NCBI RefSeq assembly: GCF_006345805.1
Contig: NC_043000.1
Coordinates: 59,334,001 to 59,398,000 of the forward strand
Length of the DNA stretch: 64,000 nucleotides
Source of the DNA: Octopus sinensis
Taxonomy: Eukaryota
Direction: 5' to 3'
Below are positions 52,831 through 64,000 of the stretch, in pieces (position 1 is the first letter of the stretch; every line of letters starts with the position of its first letter). The notes below the pieces were generated by a model, which ran no database searches, was not told the origin of the DNA, and was given only the letters and a program-made list of their open reading frames with translations. Position numbers and translations under genes: made by a program.

Positions 52831-53153
52831 GGTAAAAAGTTAATTTACCCTTAATTTATACGGGAATAAGAAAATGGAGGGGATCAAGAGGTGGTATTCA
52901 TCAACTTTTAGACATTATATTATGTTTATTTATCTATTTTTTTAAAAAGACAATTATAACAATATACATACGTGTATAACATTATGCTTTACATATATAA
53001 TATATAAAATATAAAAATACCAGTAATTATTAAAATATATAACGTAGAGCATAGAAAGTATGTATATATAGTGAATTCAAATAAACAAGTAAAAATTAAC
53101 GGACAAGAGAACGTGCACAAGAAATGTATTAGTTTGACGCTATATATATATAT

Positions 53154-53370
53154 TTCTTTACTACCCACAAGGGGCTAAACACAGAGGGGACAAACAAGGA
53201 CAGACAAAGGGATTAAGTCGATTCCATCGACCCCAGTGCGTAACTGGTACTTAATTTATCGACCCCGAAAGGATGAAAGGCAAAGTCGACCTCGGCGGAA
53301 TTTGAACTCAGAACGTAACGGCAGACGAAATACGGCTTCGCATTTCGCCCGGCGTGCTAACGTTTCTGCC
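53154..53370 (-). mobile_element. Family-A SINE with type-2 tail, inserted in (TA)n
   Basis: Same head and core as the 3012 cluster; tail tttctttactacccacaaggggctaaac. Confidence 0.88.
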
Positions 53371-53388
53371 ATACATATATACATACAT

Positions 53389-53487
<99 letters not shown>

Positions 53488-53686
53488 AATATATATATAT
53501 ATATTTTCAAAATGTGACCTCGTGTGTACCGTCGGCGATTTTTTTCCTCTGTCTTCCCTTCTCTGGATCTTTCCTTCTCCTATATTTCCGACGAAGAGCT
53601 CCAATAATACTATATTTGTTCCACGTCCTCGCGTTGTTGTGTTTTTTTGTGCTTTCTTGTTTGGATTAACTTTATATATTTATATA

Positions 53687-55330
53687 CAATGCACAGTTTT
53701 TAAAAAAAGTTTTTAAAATGATTATTAACTTCTCAGAGAAGGTAAATCCATCCATAAATATGCAGATATAAGTTCCAGGAGACACGAGGAAAGATACTGG
53801 TCACACACCGATTAAGTCAAAATGTCCGGCATCTGGTCGGTGTGGGGTCCATAATGTAATCTATAAATGTACTATAACAACTTCGAATAGTAAATTTTTT
53901 TATTTTGGTTGTACTATAAATTTTAAGCAGAAAATTAGCAATCATCTGTCCTCTTTTAGGTTAGATCATAAAGCTTGTTGCACCACACTTTCCAGTAAAA
54001 TTTGGGAACTCAAAACTAATAATATTAAATATAACCTAAAATGGGAAATAGAAAGGTAGTACCTTATAGAAATAATAGGGTAGGTTGTCAACTCTGTTCC
54101 ATGGAGACATATGAGATTCTAAAACATAGAAAAAATAGAAATCTACTGAATAACCGTATAGAGTTAGGTCAGTCTTGTATTCACTCAAAGATCAAAACTC
54201 TAAAATATTTTAAATAGAAATTTGTAGGTTCTCCCACAGGTGTTCCTTCTAACTGTACCTTTTTAATATAAAAATAAATAGTATTTGTACTATGCTAACT
54301 TTTAATTGACTTTATAGTCAACTTAATTAACCTTACTTAAATCATATATATTGCTAATCTTTCTTAATTCTATTCTAAATTTAATATGTAATTCTATTCC
54401 CTTAATGATACATTTGATTTTCACTATAAATTTTGAATAAGTAAAATCCCCCTACCAATTGTTATTTGACCTCTAGATGTCGACCTAAATTCTTTCTTAC
54501 AATATATAAACATAAGTTAAAATAGAAACAATAATAAATAAATAACCTTCTATTCTAGTGTTATCCTTAACTTTCTTACTGTATCTTCCTCTACTGATAA
54601 CCTATGACCCCTTTAGCGTTTTCCTTTGATCTCTCTGTATTCTTTATCCCACCATTAACTCTGTGAGTTTCTAAGTTCAGAGCTGGCGGTGGTCAAACTT
54701 ACTGTTCTTTTATGAATTTAAAATTCCTTCAACACTGACCTAGATTTTCTGTCACCACAGAAACAGACTAACCTTTGTCTGTGGCATCTTTATTCCCTCT
54801 TACTCCCCCACTCCTTTCATCCCATAATGTCCTTTACTTTGGCTAAACCTACCTCGCTGTCTTTCTTGCTACTATAACATTCTGTCTGCAACAGTTAGAT
54901 GTGAACTGAACCGGTGTGTGACCAGTATCTTTCCTCATGTCTCCTGGAACTTATATCTGCATCTTTATGGATGGATTTACCTTCTCTGAGAAGTTAATAA
55001 TCATTTAAAAAACTTTTTTAAAAAACTGTGCATTGTTGGAAAACATATAAAGTCTGCTTATAATCTTACTTCAAATTCATAGAACTCACTCCTAATACTT
55101 CATAAGGATATTTACACTCTCTAGGATGTTTGGAAAACATATATGTGATTTAGCTGTAATATTTTCAGCTTTAAATAAAATGTTCTTAGTATGAAACAAT
55201 TGTACTAAACTACTGATCCATTCTTGTTACTTTTTTCTTGGTTATAATCACCCCACATAATTTTATGGTTAATACCATAAAGAATTCTGGTGCATCTAAG
55301 TTAAGTACCATATTCATTTGAATTCATTTG
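53687..55330 (+). mobile_element. Penelope-like element: 5' inverted segment, GIY-YIG domain, 3' region and terminal repeat
   Basis: 53819-54217 translates, with one frameshift, to KCPASGRCGVHNVIYKC...YFGCTINFK...NHLSSF...KIWELK...CQLC...LLNNRIELGQSCIH. 53687-53815 is the inverted copy of ~54908-55037. Confidence 0.85.
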
Positions 55331-55363
55331 AATTCATTTGAATCATAATTGTTTTGCTGAAAT

Positions 55364-55416
<53 letters not shown>

Positions 55417-55419
55417 ATA

Positions 55420-55575
55420 TACGACGGTCTTCTTTCAGTTTCCACCTACAAATGCTTTGGTCGGCCCGAGGCCACAGTAGAAGACACTTGGCCAAGATGC
55501 CACGCAAAGGGACTGAACCCTGAACCATGTAGTTGGGATGCAAGCTACTTACTACACAGCCACGCCTATTCATAC
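55420..55575 (-). mobile_element. Family-B SINE head
   Basis: gaagacacttggccaagatgccacgcaaagggactgaacc, ending in (TA)n. Confidence 0.75.
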
Positions 55576-56002
55576 ACATAAACAATGTTCCGTGTTTATT
55601 CTGTTATTCTTTTACAATTTGCGTCGGGGTGATAGTAAAGCTAGAATGCTGAAATCAAACTTTTACGTATCATCACTACTATCTGAATTCAAATCGCTCC
55701 GAGGTGGATTTGGCCATTCATAGGTATGTATGTACTTAACATGTACTGGATTTAATTCAAACTACTATACCCATCCTGAAATGCAAATTCGTTCCTTGCC
55801 AATGAGACATCGTTATATTCGTGAGATGGAATGAACATTACGGCGTCAACATCTCTATCATTAAAAAGTTCTCGAGTTTCCTGTATACGAAAGAAAATGT
55901 AATGACGGTATTTGTAATTATTTCCATTCTTATGATTCTGTACTCATGTTAGCGAAAATTCAATATATTATTTTAAAAAATCTTTGAAAACGAAAATTTC
56001 AA

Positions 56003-56074
56003 AGGGGACACCCGGGATTGAACCGGGGACCTCTCGATCTGCAGTCGAATGCTCTACCACTGAGCTATATCCCC
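56003..56074 (-). tRNA. trnC-GCA: tRNA-Cys (anticodon GCA)
   Basis: GGGGATATAGCTCAGTGGTAGAGCATTCGACTGCAGATCGAGAGGTCCCCGGTTCAATCCCGGGTGTCCCCT, 72 nt; all four stems pair, U discriminator, TTTT runs just downstream. Confidence 0.97.
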
Positions 56075-56218
56075 GCGCGTTAATGTACCGGCATATATTT
56101 CTATTAAACCACTAAGCGTACTTGTTGATTCTTGGAAGTAGCGTATTAGTCGTTTGTCAGATGTTTTCATACATACACAAACGACAAACACCCTCACACC
56201 TACACATGCGCGCACACG

Positions 56219-56252
<34 letters not shown>

Positions 56253-56268
56253 CACATACACACACGCG

Positions 56269-56309
<41 letters not shown>

Positions 56310-56552
56310 ACTTTATATTTTCACATACACGAATACTTATAGCGCTGATACTCTAGAAACTACGTAAACATCATCTTGTTCCAAGACTCGTTTACGATTC
56401 TATAGGAATTCTTTTCTTTTCTTTCTATCTCGTTGTAAGCATACATGAAGTAACTTTCGAGATTATATTCCTTTTCGCAAATCACTTAGTACTCTTCATC
56501 CAAATATACAGTTCCGACGAACAGTCGGAAGTTGTGTAACTTTTAAACTCTG

Positions 56553-56900
56553 ATAGCCGATTACATCGACTCCAGTGCTAATATGCATTTTTTATTGACC
56601 TCGAAAGGATGAAAGGCAAAGTTAGCCTCGGCAGAATTTGAACTCAGAACGTGAAGTCGGACGAAATGCCTATTTCTTTACTACCCACAAGGGGCTAAAC
56701 ATAGAGGGGACAAACAAGGACAGACATATGTATTAAGTCGATTACATCGACCCCAGAGCGTAACTGGTACTTAATTTATCGATCCCGAAAGGATGAAAGG
56801 CAAAGTCGACCTCGGCGGAATTTGAACTCGCAACGTAACAGCAGACGAAATACCGCTATGCATTTCGCCCGGCGTGCTAACGTTTGTGCCAGCTCGCCGC
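56553..56900 (-). mobile_element. Family-A SINE dimer-like pair
   Basis: Full type-2 unit joined to a head-truncated unit at gacgaaatgcc|tatttctttac. Confidence 0.85.
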
Positions 56901-58539
56901 TTTTCGTAGATAAGTAATAACAGTGGAAGAAAGATTGAGATAGCGATTCATGTTATTCAACGTACCGTGAACAGACCATACCTGATAATAACGATAAAGT
57001 AACAAATACAATATTTCCGGACGAGTTGGGGCAGCATTTGGTTTCCGTTAAAAGTTGTATTTAGTTTCAGTGACAATAATACTGTTGCTGTTAAAGTCTT
57101 GGCTTATCAGAATTGTGAATAAAAAGGTACTCCAACCGTGACCTTTCCATCTTTTTTCCCAAGCAGAGTGCATGCAGGACCACATGTTGATCCGTTATTG
57201 TTTACATCCAGTCCAGATTTGAGTATACCTGCACAAATGCACCCCACCCCGAATTTTTCTTTCTTTTCAGAAAAATGGATATTTGTCAATGAAATTTTCT
57301 ACAACTATATTTCAGCTGGTTTAGAATAGTGGTTCTCAACCGAGGTCCATATGGTCCCTGAGGACCATATGATTTGGGGGGATCCACACAACAATATAGT
57401 AAACTGGGGATTCACTTTAGTATTTTAAGCGCCCCTGATCAGTGGTTCCCAAACTTTTTCACGCTCCCGCCCCCTTGACACCTTCCTAGCACCCCACCCT
57501 AACTTACCATCACAAGCAAAGACCTTACCAATTTAAAGCAATTGGATTTCACAAATTATTGTTTTTACATGAATCGCCACCCCTTTATCGCCCCAATTTT
57601 CACATGAATAGCTACCCCATTGTCGTCCCAGTTTTCTTTAACACCCCCTTGGAACTTTCCACCGTCCCCAGGGGTAGTGGCAGATTTACTATCAAATTAA
57701 TGAAGCTTAAGCTTCAGAGCCCTTAATACCCGAGGGGCCCCTCTGGTCAACTTAATTTTTTCGTTCTGTCAATATTTTTCTTTTTGTATTTTGCCATGCA
57801 GACAGGGCCGATAAAACGAAATAGACTGAGAAAAAAGTTTTGTCTCTATACCAGTCCCCTAAAAAAGGATGGTGTCAGTGAAACGACAAAGAAAAGTTTT
57901 AAAAAACCATGTATGTATGTATGTATGTATGTATGTATGTATGTATGTATGTATGTATGTATGTGTGTGTATGTATGTATGTATGTATGTATGTATGCAT
58001 GTATGCATGCATGTATGTATGTATAATATATAATATAATGAAATTATTGTATACAGTGCTCAGGTGCACCACAACTTGTGAAAAGTGGGTATAAAGCATA
58101 TGCAGTAATGTACAAATGTCTGGGAAGTGAACAGTGTATGAGTCAGATACATGCTTGCGTGTGTATGAAGGGGAGAAAATCAGGTGTAGTGTTGGCGAAT
58201 CTCAGGAAGCATGGAAGTTTTGAAGGATGCAATGCTCCGACAACTAATAACTGATGCCGGCAGTTAGTTCCATACTTCAGCAACTTTTAGCGTGAAAAAA
58301 TATTTCCGAAAGTATGTATGTGTGAATGAATGTACGTATGTATGAATGTATGTGTGTTTGTGTGTGTGAATATATATAGCGATAAAAAAAATAAATAAAC
58401 AGAAAAAAAAGTTTTATTCTCTTTAGTTTAAGTTCCGTTTCAGACATCAGTCTCCAAGTGCAGCATGGTGCCATGGAAGTGACAAAGAAAAGTAAAAAAA
58501 ACATTCATGTATGTATGCATGCGTGTGTGTGTGTGTGTG

Positions 58540-58635
<96 letters not shown>

Positions 58636-58747
58636 TATATAGAGAAATAGACTGAAAAAGAAGTTTTATTGTCTAGTTGAATTCCCGTTTCGGATCTTTA
58701 CCTTTTGACCGATAGATTTAAAAAATAATTTTTTGTAACTAAACTTG

Positions 58748-58890
58748 TAGGCGCAGGAGTGGCTGTGTGGTAAGTAGCTTGCTAACCAACCACATGGCGT
58801 GGCATCTTGGGCAAGTGTCTTCTGCTATAGCCCCGGGCGACCAATGCCTTGTGAGTGGATTTGGTAGACGGAAACTGAAAGAAGCCTGTC
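58748..58890 (+). mobile_element. Family-B SINE 5' half; the matching 3' half is at 62012-62215
   Basis: Head and core end at gaagcctgtcg(TA)n; the tail resumes after (TA)n at ~62010. Confidence 0.75.
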
Positions 58891-58931
<41 letters not shown>

Positions 58932-59017
58932 GTAGGTCCCTGGTTGATTCGGGGTTAACCACAGTAAATAAGGTACTCAATACATAGCAGAGTAAAATTA
59001 ATTTATTATATAGAAGG

Positions 59018-59068
59018 AGCTTCTACAGGACTAGAACTGTTTCATTCAAGAGAAATCTTCAGGAAGCT
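59018..59068 (-). ncRNA. Type I hammerhead ribozyme fold
   Basis: Exact reverse complement of 61876-61926. Confidence 0.75.
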
Positions 59069-59439
59069 AGTTAACAAGAATTGTATTGGCATTTATACAT
59101 TTAGGCAGGTTTAAAGGGGTGTTGGTGGGGGACTTTTTGGGGGTAGGCATAGCGCAAAAAATCATACTTGGGGGAGTGGTCAAGGAGTCAGTGTTAAATT
59201 AGATAGGAGAATAAATAAAAAATAAAAAATAAAAAATAAAAAAATAAAAAAAAAAAAATAAAAAAAAACAAAAAAAAAAATAAAAAAAAAAAAATAAAAA
59301 ATAAAAAATAAAAAATATAAAAAAATATAAAAAAATAAATAAAAAAATAAAAATATATATATATACTCTTTTACTCTTTTACTCTTTTACTTGTTTCAGC
59401 CATCCGGCTGAGGCCATGCTGGGGCACCGCCCTTGATAT

Positions 59440-61600
<2,161 letters not shown>

Positions 61601-61875
61601 TGAGAGGTCTTAGGAGAAAAGGTCATCGGGGGTGCTAGGGGAACGGTGGGATTGGGGGGGTTTTGTGGGTGGGGTGTCATCAATCTGGTTGCCGGATTTA
61701 TTTTTTATTTTTTATTTTTTATTTTTTATTTATTCTCCTATCTAATTTAACACTGACTCCTTGACCACTCCCCCAAGTATGATTTTTTGCGCTATGCCTA
61801 CCCCCAAAAAGTCCCCCACCAACACCCCTTTAAACCTGCCTAAATGTATAAATGCCAATACAATTCTTGTTAACT

Positions 61876-61926
61876 AGCTTCCTGAAGATTTCTCTTGAAT
61901 GAAACAGTTCTAGTCCTGTAGAAGCT
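61876..61926 (+). ncRNA. Type I hammerhead ribozyme fold
   Basis: AGCUUC-CUGAAGA-UUUC UCUU GAAU-GAA-ACAG UUCUAGUC CUGU-A-GAAGCU: 6-bp stem I, 4-bp stem III, GUA site; U.U at the base of stem II. Confidence 0.75.
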
Positions 61927-61941
61927 CCTTCTATATAATAA

Positions 61942-62018
<77 letters not shown>

Positions 62019-62215
62019 TTGTGTGTCTGTGTTTGTCCCCCTAGCATTGCTTGACAACCGATGCTGGTGTGTTTATGTCCCCGTCACTTAGCGGTTCGGC
62101 AAAAGAGACCGATAGAATAAGTACTGGGCTTACAAAGATTTGCTCGACTAAAGGCGGTGCTCCAGCATGGCCGCAGTCAAATGACTGAAACAAGTAAAAG
62201 AGAGAGTAAAAGAGT

Positions 62216-62786
62216 AAACACTTTCAAACTTCGGTCACTGGTAGAATGTGTCATATAAAACATCTTTTACTCTTAGCACTTTTGAGAAAAACTTATATTT
62301 ACGAAGTTATTTCACCTTAAAATTCTCGTATTTCGATAATTTCAACCAATCAATGACGTGTATTCAGCTGAATAAAATTACTGCCGTTGTTTGTCAACAA
62401 CAACTATCGGCGGTGTATTTTTCGTTTGTCACTGTTATTTATGACATCGTTCGTGCGTTTGTACAGGTTTAAAGGTTTTAGGGTTAGGGTTAGGGTTAGT
62501 GTTTTAGGGCTAGGGTTAAGGTTTTAGTGTTATGGTTAGGGTTTTAGGGTTAGGGTTGTCATAAATAACAGTGACAAACGAAATATACACCGCCGGAAGT
62601 TCTTGTTAACAAACAACAGCAGTAATTTTATTCAGCTGAATACACGTCATTGATTGGTTGAAATTATCGAAATACGAGAACTTTAAGGTGAAATAACTTC
62701 GTAAATATAAGTTTATCTCAAAAATGCTAAGAGTAAAACATATTTTATATGACACATTCTACCAGTGTCCGAAGTTTGAAGGTGTT
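62216..62786. mobile_element. MITE-like element with ~230-bp TIRs enclosing degenerate (TTAGGG)n
   Basis: 62216-62446 mirrors 62557-62786 with scattered substitutions; the spacer has a dozen or so TTAGGG/TTTTAGGG-type units. Confidence 0.85.
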
Positions 62787-63191
62787 CAGTTACAAAAAAT
62801 TACTTTTTAGATCTGTAGGTAAAGATCCTTTAATTAGTCATGACTTTTCTTATTTTTTGATATTTTCAGAATATTTTTGTAACTTGATCTTTGTGGTTTT
62901 CATCACTGTTTACAATTATCTTTAAAAAATTTTTATGTATTATACAGATGTAATTTTTGACGCTGAATCCGAATTTGTTATTCATTTATTCCAGAAAAAA
63001 TTCCACAAAAATGTTAACGTGTTCAAAGTTTGATAATTTTCAAAATTTTCAGCCAATCAGAAAACAGCACATTCGCTGCCTCTTCCCCTTATCTTGATCG
63101 AGTTCTGTCTTATGGCTAATGAAAATATTACCCCAACACCTTTTTTTTTTTTTTTTTTTTTACGGAGGTCTAGGCCCAACGAGGAATAGCA

Positions 63192-63620
63192 ATGTCTTCA
63201 AGAAAGTACTTAGGCGGATACCAGAAATGCCAACTCAAAGAAAAGCAATATAACGAAATTTCTAAATGTCAAAAACTATCAAACTATTTTACAAAATATA
63301 AGTTTTACGTCTCTAAAAGTTTGTCATTACCTGCAACTGAAACAAGCCATGCAAGCACCAGTGAAGTCAATGAAAGTGCACAAAGCACGAGTGCTTTGTT
63401 TAGCAATAATCAACCTACTGTTGACACTTTTGGTGCAGATGATGATCCGCCGCACGGGACGGGACCATCGGATAGTTTTTGTTCCTTTGTGTTTGAGCGC
63501 ACGTGACTTAGCTCTGACAAGGCACACTTCATGCTTCGCCTCGGAGAAATGGTGGAGGTGTCATTCCCACTGCTAGTACATCGGTCGCAATGCCTTTACT
63601 AATCGTCTCTTGAGGTTGCT
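63192..63620 (+). mobile_element. Possible N-terminus of a ZMYM1-like hAT transposase
   Basis: MSSRKYLGGYQK...KLSNYF resembles the usual start of these transposases; it breaks down after ~100 aa. Confidence 0.4.
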
Positions 63621-64000
63621 CACTAGTTCTGTCTCAAATCTATTTCTGCTACTAGTTCTTTGTTAAACGCTAACGATTCTGCTCTAATCGCCCTCTTCAG
63701 CGCCGCACCATTGATTGTTGACGATTATCCTAATCAACTGTCGTTTAACTAATTAGCTACTCCAGTCTCCATCATCTTGTTTTCCCAAATGACTCAAAAT
63801 AAATATTAAAGTATATCCCACTGGAACGGGAGTAGTTCTGAACCAAATATTACCACAGTGACCCAGATAATTTTGATAATGAAATTATAACAAAATTAAT
63901 TCCTGTACGGGACCCTCAACAGGCCGAAATGATGGAGAAGACGCAATACTTACAGAGCTCAAGTTACCCTGTCTTGATCATATTATTTTTTTGCTTGTTT

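Noticed and set aside
3012-56900. Minus-strand bias of family-A SINEs suggesting an intronic location
   Set aside because: Only about six independent loci, and families B and C occur in both orientations; not significant.
57107-57329. Possible exon (strong pyrimidine tract plus AG at ~57270; short ORFs on both strands)
   Set aside because: Donor site is weak, the peptide is unrecognised, and no partner exons were found.

Overview
AT-rich, microsatellite-dense animal genomic DNA. The SINE families and repeat landscape suggest an octopus (coleoid cephalopod) genome; this is inference, not a database result. I find no intact host protein-coding gene. The only clear host gene is a tRNA-Cys(GCA) at 56003-56074 (-). 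The rest is layered transposon debris: three mariner copies, hAT remnants and MITEs, three Helitron pieces, a Gypsy relic, RLE-type LINE fragments, several Penelope-like elements (PLEs) and three tRNA-derived SINE families. Most long ORFs in the track are microsatellite translations. The signals most worth follow-up are: (1) type I hammerhead ribozyme folds in PLE-like repeats, twice as inverted pairs, one pair bounding a ~3 kb insert that splits a SINE; (2) a 571-bp MITE with 230-bp TIRs around TTAGGG repeats; (3) kb-scale fold-back palindromes tied to (TA)n, which need raw-read validation; (4) a 7-unit heat-shock element ~36 bp from a TATA box in an LTR-like segment; (5) a decayed intronless LRR/Toll-like receptor candidate; (6) the same SINE-SINE junction at two loci 53 kb apart. 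Boundaries were read by eye and many are approximate.
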